DNA of 64,000 nt, taken from Octopus vulgaris (lineage: Eukaryota). The stretch's first letter is position 1; every line of letters starts with the position of its first letter. The notes beneath the pieces were generated by a model. That model was not told the DNA's origin. It saw nothing but the letters and a program-made list of their open reading frames with translations, and ran no database searches. The position numbers were made by a program, and so were the translations under genes. The stretch is from NCBI GenBank assembly GCA_951406725.2, contig OX597831.1:54746001-54810000 (forward strand). The letters are read 5' to 3'. Below are positions 39,440-53,055 of the stretch, piece by piece.

Positions 39440-40900
39440 GTGAGTTTATGTAAGGTGTGCTGTTGTTACTGTTCGTTTCCTTCTTCATTTTCTCATACAT
39501 GCCTGTTTTTGTTTCTGATTATCGTTTGTGTTCTTCCGGCTTTTCCTTCCTTTTCGTGTGACTGTTTGCCATGCTTTTCCCTCCTTATTTCCGTCGTTTT
39601 CGTTGTTCGAATAGGGGAGGGATATTTCTTCCGCAGGTATTTTTTTTTTTTTACTGTTGGCGTTGTTAATCGTGTTGTCATTATTTTGGTTGCTGCCATT
39701 TTTGTTGTTGTTGTTGTTTGTGATGTGGTTGCTGCTGCTGCTGTGCGTTCTGCTTGACGTTGTGCAGTTGTTTCCACCCCAGTTGTTGTTGCAGCTGCAG
39801 CTGCTGTCGGTGCTGTAGCGGTTTTTGTGGATGTTGTTGTGTCCAATTGTCTTTGTTGGTGTTGTTGCTGTTTCTGCTGCTGTTACTGCTGCTGCTGCTG
39901 CCCTTGTTGTGGTGTATGTTGTTGTCGTGGTTGTAGTGGTGTTAACGGTTGCTACGGCTCATTTTCCCCTCTTTCCCTCTTTCCTTCAGGCAACAGACTC
40001 TGATGTGACCTGAATCACCACAGAAATAACATCGTGGCCTTCTTCCTTCCACGATCACCTGCAGATGCCGGACTCCAAGGATTTCTATTAGATTTGGAAT
40101 TTTCTCTACAGTTTCTGGTTTTACTTGCAGTAGAATTTCCAACCCTATCCCAGCCCAGTTCTCCATTTTGGAGTTTTGGATTTCTAGGATACTTCTAGGA
40201 TCTTCCAGTACCACGGCTTTCACAACCCACCAGAAATCGATTTCTGGTGGTATGTTACGTATTTATATGTGGATCACTCTCTGACCCAGGTACATAGGAA
40301 TTATAGTGACCACCGTTTTTAACGGGACAGTTGAGTGTTTTTGCGCTCGTGATTCCGACTAGTATATGACCTTGATGTAGCTGAACTTTGGGGCGTGGCA
40401 GACAAAGCTCATATCCCCCCATATATTTTTCAGGCAGAGCTCGGCTTGGTTGGTGGTATTTTTTCCAGTCTTCTTATTTTCATGGACAGACATGTATCTG
40501 TACATGATTATTATTTTTTCGGTCGCCTCTAGCAGGTTTTGAGGCTTCCTTTAAACGTTCTTCCTTATCTTATAACGACATAATTTCAAACTTATTTCTC
40601 ACTTTTGCGACGGAAACGTCATTTCTATTTGAACCTTCTCATTCTTTGTTCGAAATTTTACTGATTTGTGTAGTGGTCGTAGTGGTGGTGGTGGTGGTGG
40701 TGGGGATATTTTTCCTTGCACAGTTGGCTGCTGCTAGTTATATTTCGTGCTTCCTTGATCGAAGTCTCATTACTCCAGACACTTCCACTGTGGTTGTTGT
40801 TGTTGTTGTTGTTGTCATCACTTTTGATACTCCTCCTGCTACTACCACTATCATTCACATCTCTTCTCACTTCCCCCTCTTGTTGACTCGCTGACAAAGA
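38030..40900 (-). mobile_element. Tx1/L1-like LINE 5' part: ORF1 (zinc knuckle, low-complexity linker) and start of ORF2 AP endonuclease
   Basis: ORF1 contains VEGRRPRCYFCGDSGHIRVCC (CCHC). ORF2 from ~38525 reads RGLGSSWKQGRLLNDL, FRLVSVYAP, LVLMGDWNTILD. Interrupted by a SINE at 38849-39252. Confidence 0.82.
38849..39252 (-). mobile_element. SINE family D, dimeric
   Basis: Reverse complement of the 22159 type. TSD core GAGATTTATAAT at 38837-38848 and 39253-39264. Confidence 0.9.
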
Positions 40901-41157
40901 CGACGACGCGATATCAAATTTCGCAAATTTTGAAAGGAAAATTAATTTTCTTTTCGTGTGATTTTCGCCCCACAGGAAAGAAATTATAATAAAATAACAC
41001 TGTTAATCAGACCAATATCGTCTAGATTAACCTAGTCACAAGTTATAACAATAAAATATAACAATAACAATATTTTTAGGGGTAAACAAGGCACACACTT
41101 ACGGAGCGCCGAAATACACGCCCAGCTCTGGTTACAACAACAACAACAACAACAATA

Positions 41158-41225
<68 letters not shown>

Positions 41226-41479
41226 TAACAATAATAATGATGATGATTTCTTTATTGATCATTGAGAAAAACATTAGGGACAGTACAGGACAAAACAAAG
41301 TATGTGTGTGTGTATGTGTGTCAGTGTGTACTGTTGTGAGGGTTTTACGTGTAAACAAGTTTAACATAATGGGGGAGAAAAAGAAAAAAATGATTTCAAA
41401 TTTTGGCGCACACGCGGTAATTTAGAGGCAGGGCGTAAGTCGATTACAACCCAGTGTTCAACTGGTACTTATTTTATCG

Positions 41480-41541
<62 letters not shown>

Positions 41542-41542
<1 letters not shown>

Positions 41543-41757
41543 AGGCGGCGAGCTGGCAGACTCGTTAGCTCGCCGGGCGAAATGCGTAGCCGTATTTCGT
41601 CTGCTGTTACGTTCTGAGTTCAAATTCCGCCGAGGTCGACTTTGCCTTTCATCCTTTCGGGGTCGATAAATTAAGTACCAGTTACGCCCTGGGCTCGATG
41701 TAATCGACATAATCCGTTTGTCCACTCTGTGTTTAGCCCCTTGTGGGCATTAGTGAA

Positions 41758-41760
<3 letters not shown>
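41542..41760 (+). mobile_element. SINE family D, first monomer
   Basis: AAGGCGGCGAGCTGGCAGA..GTCGACTTTGCCTTTCATCCTTTCGGGGTCGATAAATTAAGTACCAG, between (TA)n tracts. Confidence 0.88.
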
Positions 41761-41823
<63 letters not shown>

Positions 41824-41994
41824 GCGAACAACTGATGAAGGGTTGTTCTTTTTGTTTGTTTTGTTTTCCATTTGTGTCTTTCGTTGTTCGAAAGAATAGT
41901 TTATGTTCCATGTACTCGTGTTTCGTACGTTAAGTTGTACACGTTTCATGACGTCCTGTACCCACATAAACATATATATATATATATGTTTATG

Positions 41995-43165
41995 TATAAA
42001 ATATAAATTAGAGATAAAACCACTATTATGCAACTCATACAGTGATAGACATAAACCAAAACATAAATAACAAATAAAAAATATTTTTATAAAACATATA
42101 ACTAGATCACAAAAAGCATAAAAATGAATAATCAATAATCAATATGATAATGGTGAATAATCAATAATCAATATGATAAGATGAATAATCAATAATCAAT
42201 ATGATAATGGTGAATAATCAATAATCAATATGATAAGATGAATAATCAATAATCAATATGATAAGATGAATAATCAATAATCAATATGATAATGATGAAT
42301 AATCAATAATCAATATGATAAAGATGAATAATCAATAATCAATATGATAAGATGAATAATCAATAATCAATATGATAAAGATGAATAATCAATAATCAAT
42401 ATGATAAGATGAATAATCAATAATCAATATGATAGAGATGAATAATCAATAATCAATATGATAAAGATGAATAATCAATAATCAATATGATAAGATGAAT
42501 AATCAATAATCAATATGATAAGATGAATAATCAATAATCAATATGATAAGATGAATAATCAATAATCAATATGATAAAGATGAATAATCAATAATCAATA
42601 TGATAAGATGAATAATCAATAATCAATATGATAAGATGAATAATCAATAATCAATATGATAAGATGAATAATCAATAATCAATATGATAGAGATGAATAA
42701 TCAATAATCAATATGATAAAGATGAATAATCAATAATCAATATGATAAGATGAATAATCAATAATCAATATGATAAGATGAATAATCAATAATCAATATG
42801 ATAGAGATGAATAATCAATAATCAATATGATAGAGATGAATAATCAATAATCAATATGATAAAGATGAATAATCAATAATCAATATGATAAGATGAATAA
42901 TCAATAATCAATATGATAAAGATGAATAATCAATATGATAAAGATGAATAATCAATATGATTATTCATTTTTATACTTTTGAGATCTAGTTATATGTTTT
43001 TGTAAAAATATATTTTATTTGTTATTTATGTTTTGGTTTATGTCTATTACTGTTTGAGTTGCATAATAGTGGTTTTAACTCTAATTTATATTTTATATAT
43101 TTATATTGTGAAATTTGATTTAATACTAAATTCAATTTTCCCCTGTAAGTTTTGAGTTATGCTCC

Positions 43166-43170
<5 letters not shown>
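41995..43170. repeat. Fold-back element with a 28-31 bp tandem satellite at its centre
   Basis: Arm 41995-42133 is inverted to 42959-43097. Array (ATGAATAATCAATAATCAATATGATAAG and variants) ~29 copies at 42124-42960. The right side extends to (TA)n at 43170. Confidence 0.88.
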
Positions 43171-43235
<65 letters not shown>

Positions 43236-43236
<1 letters not shown>

Positions 43237-43270
43237 TAGCAGGGATGTCCGGCGTTGCCCGGTTACATTC
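43236..43270 (-). mobile_element. Helitron 3' terminus (extent of body unresolved)
   Basis: CTAG at 43236-43239 with hairpin CCGG-CGTTGC-CCGG, adjacent to (TA)n, as at 5288 and 28841. Confidence 0.65.
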
Positions 43271-44139
43271 AATTGAAGAATTAGACTTTTCTGTTATATT
43301 TTCTGAATGAACTGGAATATCTATGTTTCGAATTTCATCAAAATTGCAGATGAGGGTTATTTCCCTCTTTACACACCCTAAAAAATTATAATCGTGCCAC
43401 ATGGAAACCAAAAGACGAATGATCACAATAAGCAGTCAGTTACCCTACCCTAGTCGTTACCACTCCCAATGTAGGATTTCTCACCATCCAGGTGACAGGC
43501 ACAGCCGTAAGATGCATTACGAATCTATAGCAATTGGAAGGGCGTGACCCAACTGAAATTAACAACTGTGTGACGTGAGGGCTTAGGAGAAATTAAAGTG
43601 TTACCTCTGGAGTTTGCAAATGACCACTATACTGATACGTAACTGGACAGAATGAATTTACAATCTATAAATGTCTTTGAATAACCAGTCACTCATCTGG
43701 GAAGGCCTTAATCAATGATACCATCTGGGGACTATGTGTGACCGAGTGATAATAAAAAGACTGAAAGGAGGTCTGCAATCAAATAACTTTACTCAACACT
43801 TTGCAACTGAATCAGTGGAGACAAATATGCCTCTCATTTACATAACAATTTATGCAGCACATTGCACAAATCACAATGTAAGTGTATGTCAAAGCAAATT
43901 GTTACACTGTTGTACCATTGAATTAGAAATAATGCCCAACTTTTATGCTCGGGTAACCCTACAGCTTCCAAGAGCACAACTGTATTCGTTTTTACTTAGA
44001 TAAAATGACGAAATTGTGGATGTTAAGTCCCCATGGAGGGGTCTTTCTAACTTTGTAAGAAGATGACATTTTATGAATATTACTTCATTTGTGTCAAATA
44101 TGTGTGTGTGAGTGTGTGTTATATAAAGTTGTGTGTGTG

Positions 44140-44208
<69 letters not shown>

Positions 44209-44404
44209 GGATACACACACACACACACACACACACACAAAGATAAATTGATAGATACAACTGAGTGGGCAAACAAAAATATGAGACAGCCTAGTGCTTT
44301 TTTATGTTGATAAGCCTAGTACTTATTCTATTAGTTTGTTCTTGTGAAACCAGTAAGTTTTGTGGATGTAAATAAATGAACAGCAGTTGTGACACGCATA
44401 CACT

Positions 44405-44487
<83 letters not shown>

Positions 44488-44525
44488 GATTGATTTGTTT
44501 CAGTTCCTGTCTACGAAATCCATAT

Positions 44526-47230
44526 TTATTGTTGTTGGCATCCTTTTTGTCTCGGGAGACAATGGAGTTGCGCATAAAATAATCTAGTCCGGCTTTTACA
44601 TTTCATGCCCTAATACATCTCCTGCTGTGGCTGTGTAGTCCTATCCTGGACAAACTCTTCCTCTGGCAGGTGCCGCAAATGTAGCGAAGACTTTGCCCAG
44701 CTGGTTGTAATGTCATACTTTCTTGTTGACGTCTTTTCTTCTCTTTCCATTTCTCCTCTCCCTCTATATCACTCCTTTATGTTCCCTCTTTTACGGTACG
44801 TTGCCAATCTCCACGGTTGCTGGCAACTGCTTCCCAGTTGGTAATATTGATGTTGCAGGCATTCATGTCCCTTTTGCAAACATCCTGTTATCGTAAGAAC
44901 GGTCTTCCCACAGACCTAGTGCCCCTAGCAAGCTCTCCGTTGAGTATGTCCTTGGGGATTCTGCCATCTTCCATACGGCTAACATGTCGAAGCCATCTCA
45001 TACGTCTTTGCGTGAGGAGTGTAAACATGCTTGGTATTCCTGCTTACTTGAGGACATCTTTGTTGGGGGACATGATTCTGCCATTTGATGCGAAGGATTT
45101 TCCGGAGGCAGCGCAGGTGAAAGATATTTAGGCGACGTATGGCGTCGTATGGCGTGTGTATGGCGTCCAAGTCTCACTTCCATACAGTAGAGTGCTAAGT
45201 ACACATGCCTGGTAAATCTTCATTTTTGTGGTCTTGGTCAGCTCATTGTTGTCCCATGCCCGTTTGGAGAGTTGGGCCATCACAGCAGCTGCCTTACCAA
45301 TGCGTATATTGAGCTCAGTATCAAGGGGTAGGTTGTAGGTGACGGTAGAGCCAAGATAGGTAAACTTCTCCACCTCATGTAGTCTGTGGTCTCCAATATG
45401 TATGTTTGGTATGGTCGATGTAGCCTGACCCATGATGTTGGTCTTCTTGAGGCTGATAAATAAGCCAAAGTTGCCACATGCTTGCTCAAAACAGTTGATG
45501 AGCCTTTGTAGGGCTTCTTCTGTGTGTGATACCAGAGCGGCATCATCAGCAAATAGCACCTCCTTGATCAGGACGCTTCTGATTTTGGTCTTGGCACGCA
45601 GACGCGAGAGATTGAACAGTTTCCCATTACTTCTACTGTGCAGAAACACCCCATCATCAGATGTCACAAAGGCATGTGACAGCAGCAGCGAGAAGATGCC
45701 AAATAATGTAGGAGCAAGGATACAACCTTGCTTTACCCCATTTTATATTTGGAGGGCGGCTGATGTTGAACCATTGTGCTGTATGGTGCCTTGCATATCA
45801 TCATGGAAAGAAGTGATGATCCTCAGCAGCTTTGGTGGACATCCGATTTTTTGGAGCAGGATGAAGAGGCCTTTTCTACTTACGAAGTCAAAGGCCTTTG
45901 TCAGATCAATGAAGGCCATATATAATGGCATTTTCTGCTCTCTGGACTTCTCTTGAAGTTGGCGTATGGGGAATATCATGTCAATAGTTGATATGCTTCT
46001 TATAAAGCCACACTGCGATTCTGGATAAATTCGAGAAGCAAGCAGTTGCAGCCTGGACAGGATAATACGAGCAGAGGCCTTTCCAACAGTACTTGGAAGA
46101 GATATTCCACGGTAATTGTTACAATCACCACGGTCACCTTTGTTTTTGTAAAGCGTAATGATGTTAGCATCCCGCATATCCTGAGGGACTGTACCCTCTT
46201 CCCAGCACTGACACAGAAGCTCATGAATGTGCCGAAGCAGGATGGTGTTTTTGCCGGTTTTGATGATCTCTAAGGGGATGCCGTCTTTTCCCGGAGCCTT
46301 GTTACTTGCTAGGGAGTCAATAGCCTTGGTGAGCTCTGCTTCAGATGGCAGACTGTCAAGTTCACACATAACTGGCAAGATCTTGACACCCTCGTGAGTA
46401 GAGATCCTAGTAGTACTCCACCCATCTATCCATTTGCTTGCTTTGGTCCTTGATCAGATCCCCAGTAGTTGATTTCAGAGGGGCTGACTTGGTTGCGGAT
46501 GGACCGAGGGCCTTCTTCAAACCGGCATACATCCCACGGGTGTCGCCACTGTCAGCAGCTGACTGGATACTCTGACAGATTTCCTGCCAATACCTATTTG
46601 CACAGCGTCTGGCAGTCAGTTGGGTTTTATTTCTTACCTTTCTGAGTTATTCGAGTGACTTTATAGAAGAATCACTCTTGTATTACATCAGAGCTGCACG
46701 CTTTGTTTCGATAACTGTTTCCAGCTCTGAGAGCCCAGCACTGAACAAAATCTGGGTTTTGCCTTTCTCTCATGCCGAAAGTATCTTTTGATGTGGTATA
46801 CAAAGCTTCCCTGATATAATTCCACTTACTTTCAGCAGAGGTGGTTGGGCAGATACTGAGGGCAACTTTGATAGAAGCAGCAAAACATTGTCGCAGAGTA
46901 GGGTCGGAGGTTCTGGCAGTGTTAATGCTGATCGGCCCATTTTCTTGGAGTGATGGACTTTTTAGGCAGAATCCTCACCCTGCTTCTTATTAGTGAATGA
47001 TCTGTGTCACAATCTGCGCTGTGGTAACTACGAGTCAGTTGAACAGAATTTAGAAAGGGTCTTCGTATAATGATGAGATCCAGCTGATGCCAGTGGTGAG
47101 ATCTTGGATGTCTCCAAGATGCCTTGTGGGATGTCTTGTTGGCAAAGAATGTGTTAGTGATGCACAGGTTATGGTATGTGCAAAATTCAAGTAGTCTCTG
47201 GCCATTGTCATTCATGTTGCCAATACCAAA
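44526..47230 (-). mobile_element. RTE-clade LINE, 5'-truncated within the AP endonuclease, with RT and 3' UTR
   Basis: Motifs NGQRLLEFC..HPRSHHWHQLD..DCDTDH, KAPGKDGIP, NYRGISL, PESQCGF, FIDLTKAFD, LFADDAAL, FTYLGS and LLYGSETW. Long flanking duplication 44392-44525 / 47231-47304. Confidence 0.95.
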
Positions 47231-47298
47231 ACACATACACTTACATATATACATACATATATATACGATCGATTTGTTTCAATTCCTGTCTGCGAAAT

Positions 47299-47370
<72 letters not shown>

Positions 47371-47399
47371 TATATGCATACACACACATACATATATAT

Positions 47400-47480
47400 T
47401 TGTAATTTACAAAAGAAACGAACAAAAGACGAAGACGGGTGTGTAAACAGCAAACAGGTTTATTAGTTTAACGCTCCGGA
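47400..47480 (-). repeat. Truncated tail of pLTR-like family H1
   Basis: Reverse complement GAGCGTTAAACTAATA..CTGTTTG..GTCTTCGTCTTTTG matches 12970-13035 and abuts (TA)n. Confidence 0.7.
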
Positions 47481-47899
47481 CTTAGGAAAATTTATATAGG
47501 GAGTACTACTAATTTTAAAATTAGATATAGGGGACACAAGAATTCATTTATTCACCCCTATATAAAAAATTACAGACATTTTAGTATTGTTGTAAGCATA
47601 AATATTTAGCGTCTTATAATTTTCTTAAATTTTAAAATATAATTTTTTAGAATATAAAAGCTTTTTGAAAATACAGTCCAATTAGATCATTAGATCCAAT
47701 GAACACTTATGCACAAACCTGTAATCTTAAATTATTTTTTTTATAGTAGAGAGTGGAATATTCCCATTGGCTATTATTTGCATGATTAACTAAAGTTAAC
47801 CTTTCAATGAATTTCATTTCTTATTTAAATGTGGTAATCCTCTTGAAAATATGTCACTTATTCATCGATTGGAAGTGTTTGTATCGGTTATTTTGTATT

Positions 47900-48425
47900 G
47901 CGGTTGTGAGTTGGATTTTGTTGATTTTGTTGTTGGAAGTTGTTGCGGCGTGGTGAATTGTTGGAGTTTTTGTTGGGTATGCAAGCCCAAACTTATGCGG
48001 GAGCAGCAGGCAAAGGCCTGGCTGCGAGCGAACTACAGTTGGAAGAAATAGTCGTCGAGAAGGAAATTTTGAGGAAGTACTACGACAGCTTCAAGAAGGA
48101 AGGTTATTGTCTGAGGGTTACACCACCTGAAGACGAAGTGAAAGAAGCTGAGAAGAGAATCATAACATACAGAACGTGGAATGTGGTTTCAAGGAGAATA
48201 GAAGTAGCAGAGGTGGAAGAAATTGAGAAATGTCTACAGGAAATTAAAGGAAGAACTACCTTCTAGAATAGAGGTAGAAAATACGCGACGGTAGACGTTC
48301 GTTTTGAAAATGAAGACGAGGCGAAGAGGAACGCCACGATAGTATTGAAATCCGAAAAATGGGTTTTACTTCCTAGTTATTGTGGAAAAAGAGCAGTGAG
48401 AATACGGATAAGTAAAATCCCATCC
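47900..48425 (+). mobile_element. Tx1/L1-like ORF1 N-terminal fragment
   Basis: EAEKRIITYR..EKCL..KYATVDVRF..LPSYCGKRAVRIRI parallels the ORF1 segment at ~40260-40540. Confidence 0.55.
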
Positions 48426-49095
48426 TTCAAAGCTTGGTTCAAACGCTCTAATTGCTGACAGTAGACTTGAGCATTGATTGTTGCATTAGGTGGTAACAAT
48501 ATAAAGTGAATTACGCCTTTGCAATCGCACCAGATAGAGTAGAACCTTTTTCCCATGAAGTTCCCTTCTCGGTTGTGGTTGAGCATTTTCTCTTTTTTCA
48601 AGCCACTGTTTACGACGTTTAACATTTCGATAGAAAATCCATTTTTCGTCACAAGTCTATCGAAAAAGAGTGAAATAAGTTTGCGAGAATGGAGAGAAGA
48701 GCAGATGTCAACTCGGGATTTGCGGTTGCTTTCGGACAATACATGGGGCACCTATTTTCCAAGTTTAGGAATCTTTCCACGTTGTTGAAGATGACGATGA
48801 ACTGTTGTATGGTTTGAAGTAAGCTTTATTGCCAATTCTTCAACTGATAATGACGGATTTTCTTCAAGTAATGCCTCAAGGAGCTTATCATCAAACTCAA
48901 CTGGACATCCTATTCGATCTTCATCTTCAATTTTGCAAACGATCTCCTGCAAGTTCTTTCATTCAAGCACTTTCCCATAAAGTTTCGAGTCACTTCGGCT
49001 GCAGAGTTACCTTTATTGTACTCATAAAGAATTATATGTGCCTTAAATGCTCCTTGGATACTTCCATGTTGAAAGGGTTTTAATCAAAGCAATTT
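48426..49095 (-). mobile_element. mariner (Mos1-like) transposase 5' two-thirds
   Basis: LEALLEENPS..LGK*VPHVLSE..DRLVT..GVIHFILLPPNATINAQVYCQQLERL. 5' region interrupted by the rosa element. Confidence 0.88.
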
Positions 49096-50379
49096 TAGGG
49101 TGTCCACGAAGTCTGGGTACATGGAATAATATCATAACATAAACAAATATAAGAAATAATAATTTTCCTTTTTTACTTTTGTTTAAATTAAATAAAAAAA
49201 TACTTTACTTTTCTAAATTTATTTGTTATTTTTTCTACAGATGATCGAATGATGGCTCTGTCTAAAGAAGAAATAATCGAGTTAGTATTATTAAGTGGAC
49301 GAGAGGAATGGTCTTATCGCAAAATTGCGGAAGAATTTAATCTTCGACACCCTTATAGGTAACCTATTTTTTTTACTGCCGTCGGGAAATTGATCAAGAA
49401 ATTTAAAGAAACAGGCAGTGTTTTGGATAAACCCCGTTCCGGGCGACCAAAGACTTCAGATGAAACGAAAGAGGCTGTCATGGCTAAAGATTCTGCTAGC
49501 CCAAAGAAATCACTTCGTCGGACATCCACGGTGTTAGGTGTTCCAAAACCAACCATCCACAAAATGCTGGTTGAGGAAAAGTTTCATCGATACAACCTAC
49601 AGTCTTCACTTAAATGAAGACGACACTGATAGACGAATGTAGACGTGCGAATGGTTTTCAGATAAATTGGATGAAAATATCAATTTTACGAAACACTTTG
49701 TTGTTCAGTGACAAAGCTACGTTTTATGTAAATGGCGAGGTCAACAGACAGAATCTTCTATACTGGTCTCGAGGTAATCCACATTGGATGGATCCATCCA
49801 AACAGCAAGGCAGCAAAAAGGTGATGGTGTGGTGTGGTTTGTGGAAAGCTCATGTTCTAGGACCCTTCTTCATTGAACATGTAACGGATGAGACTTATGT
49901 AAACATATTGAGAGACAAATTAATATCTCAAATTGAGCGCCTAGGCGAGGGCCTTCCGAATTGGTTTCAGCATGATGGGGCCCCTACCCATTTTGCCACA
50001 ACTGTTAGAGATTGGCTTAATGACACTTTTCCTCACTGAATTGGAAGAAGGGCTCATATGGAAAAGTCCCCTCGTTCACCAGACCTTTCTCCCCTTGATT
50101 TCTTTTTCTGGGGTATGTTGAAAGAGAAAGATTACAATAAAGATTACAGATTTAGAACACATGAGAGAACGCATTACCAGTCAGTGTGCTGAAATTGATG
50201 GCAATGTAGACTTATTTAATCAAGTTCACCTGAATTTTGCAAGGTGCATCAAGTTATGCATTGAAAAATGATGGAAATCACTTTGAAAATATTATTTATT
50301 AACATTATAATTAAATAAAATTGGTTTGTTTTAAAAGTATGTGTTAATCCCCATGTACGCAGACTTTGTGGACACCCTC
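49096..50379 (+). mobile_element. Tc1/mariner rosa/VS-type (DD40D) transposon, full length, pseudogenised
   Basis: TIRs AGGGTGTCCACGAAGTCTGGGTACATGG / CCATGTACGCAGACTTTGTGGACACCCT. Motifs FKETGSVLDKPRSGRP, FSDKATF..VNRQN and FQHDGAPTH..SPDLSPLDFFFWG, with 40 residues between the 2nd and 3rd Asp. Confidence 0.92.
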
Positions 50380-51547
50380 TATTATTGAATTAGTTTAAAC
50401 GTTCACAAATGCATAAAAATAATTTTTAATTGAATTAGACATTTGAAAATACTATTAAATTTCATTAAATTTCATTCAAATCTAAAAACAAAAAGGTAAA
50501 ATTGAACAGAACTGATTGGATGACTTGATATATATAATCTATGATATTCTAGTAGGTTTCAAGTTTATAATACCTTGATATCTCATGTTATCTCATTTTA
50601 TATGCCTAAGACGTTTATTTTCTATTCTGGGTTTTATATATTTCTATACATTATATTTGTATCTATAATTTATTTTAAGCCGAAACATAATACGATCCTT
50701 GTACAAACGAAAGAACAAGAATGTCCTCTGGAACTTTTATATCTTCCACCGGTGTTTGTAATCGATGGTGACATGTGCGATGATTTTGCGACTATCTTAT
50801 ATTTTACAGAGAAATTTGAAGCCCCGAATGTAAGCCATAATACAATATTTATAGTTCTCTATTTCTAACTCAAATTCTGTCCTCAATAATTATAGATCTC
50901 TATTTCTAAATGTAATTCTTTTTCTTCTCGTTCAGTTTATAACTATAACACGCATTCTTGTCTGTCTCTTGACAAAGCTATTTTTCTCCAGCGTTCACCA
51001 CTTCACCTCGTTAGGGTTAAACAGCCCTTACCGAATTTTTTCACTGTCCTGTTTTTGTTAGCAGCTTTGACGTTCCACGTATCTCAAATTTTATTTAATT
51101 TGCTTTGGGGGAGCAATTGCTTTGACGAAGACGCATCTTGCTGCACTGCTCGCAATGCGGAGTAGGTAAATCTGTCAACAATTGAGGAAGGGTTGTTTTT
51201 TTATGCTGCCTTCGCGCTATAGTTCTCAATATATAATGGAAATTCTTCCAACCCAACACAACCAGCGTCGACTGTGGGCTGGTAGCTGTGTACAGTCGCC
51301 CAACGTCGATCATATCTATATATAAGGAATCTAATGCGCTTGGCTTAGATTTTCCTTTGGGGCTGGCCAGATCGGAGCAATCTCAAGATTAATCAGCCGA
51401 AATTGCGAGGATGATCCGGTTCTTGACTGAAGATTGAAGGCTTCGAATGTCCCGTCCGTGTTTTTAGTATCGTCTCCTAAATGTTTTACGTTCTTGTCCT
51501 AGTTTGTATTTTTTTACATTTACACACACACACCCACACACCTCTCC

Positions 51548-53055
51548 TTTTCTCTTGCTCCTCCTCCCCCCTTCCCGTCGTTCACCCACGACGTGACTTC
51601 CGCCTTCCCGTCGTTCACCCGCGACGTCACTTCCGCTGCTGTCTCTCTCGCCTGGCTCTTTCAAAGCAATGGACGTCACTCTTTTTCCTCCTCGTCGTCC
51701 ATAAAAAATTCTGCGTTTGTAATACTCTTTTTCGTTCGGCGTCAACAGCCCTTCTTATCTTGTTTTTCCTTGTCCTGTCTTCTACTGTTTACAATTTGCA
51801 CTGTCGTTACTGTCCTGTTGTTACTATTTTTTACCCCTCTGCGAAAAGATCTCAGAATTTTAATTGATTTGCTTTTCGCAGGAAGGAAAGTTTTCTTGTC
51901 GAAGATACGTCTCGCTTTTATCCTTTGAAACGTAGAGTAGATGAAAGCTTTAGCGACTGAAGAAGGGGTTTTTTCTTTGTGTTAATTGTCCTGTATTCTA
52001 TATTTTTTTGTTGTTTTTAAATATATGTCCAGTTCCTTTGGTTTGTGTCTGTTTTCGTTTCTCATTGTGTTCGACGTCCTTTTGGTGTCCTGTACTCATA
52101 TCTGCGTGTATATGTACATGTAGAAGTAGGTACGTACATATATGTTTATATATATGCATATGTTTTATTTTATTTATTAATATATTATATGATGAAACGC
52201 ACGCACCCCCTTAATTAAGATTGTTCTTTATATCAAGTTTTTGTTCTTGATATTAACTCTCGCGCGCACTCTTTACCTTTCTGTCCCATCCCTTTCTCAG
52301 CCTTCATTCTTTGTTCTCCTTTCCCTCTACTTAACTTGTCTCTTCCTCTCTCTCATTCTTCACTCTCTCTCTCTCCCCCTCCCCATTCTTCATGGTTTCC
52401 TCGCAGCCATTCCCCTTCTTCTCTCCCTTTCTCTTGCTCTTCCTCCCCCTTCCCCGTCGTTCACCCACGACGTGGTTTCCGCCTTCCCGTCGTTCACCCG
52501 CGACGTCACTTCCGCTGCTGTCTCTCTCGCCTGGCTCTTTCAAAGCAATGGACGTCACTCTTTTTCCTCCTCGTCGTCCATAAAAAATTCTGCGTTTGTA
52601 ATACTCTTTTTCGTTCGGTGTCAACAGCCCTTCTTATCTTGTTTTTCCTTGTCCTGTCTTCTACTGTTTACAATTTGCACTGTCGTTACTGTCCTGTTGT
52701 TACTATTTTTTACCCCTCTGCGAAAAGATCTCAGAATTTTAATTGATTTGCTTTTCGCAGGAAGGAAAGTTTTCTTGTCGAAGATACGTCTCGCTTTTAT
52801 CCTTCGAAACGTAGAGTAGATGAAAGCTTTAGTGACTGAAGAAGGGGTTTTTTCTTTGTGTTAATTGTCCTGTATTCTATATATTTTTGTTGTTTTTAAA
52901 TATATGTCCAGTTCCTTTGGTTTGTGTCTGTTTTCGTTTCTCATTGTGTTCGACGTCCTTTTGGTGTCCTGTACTCATATCTGCGTGTATATGTACATGT
53001 AGAGGTAGGTACGTACATATATGTTTATATATATGCATATGTTTTATTTTATTTA

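Noticed and set aside
41828-41900. CTGATGA-AGGG possible hammerhead
   Set aside because: No correctly placed GAAA, stem III or NUH. At most a decayed remnant.
42124-42960. Regular ~28-31 bp repeats suggesting a CRISPR array
   Set aside because: Units are head-to-tail with no unique spacers, there are no cas genes, and the context is eukaryotic.
51410-51455. Possible SECIS or hammerhead (ATGAT..CTGAAGA..CGAA)
   Set aside because: Pairing is weak, the ATGA is not conserved in the 15190 copy, and GAAA is absent.
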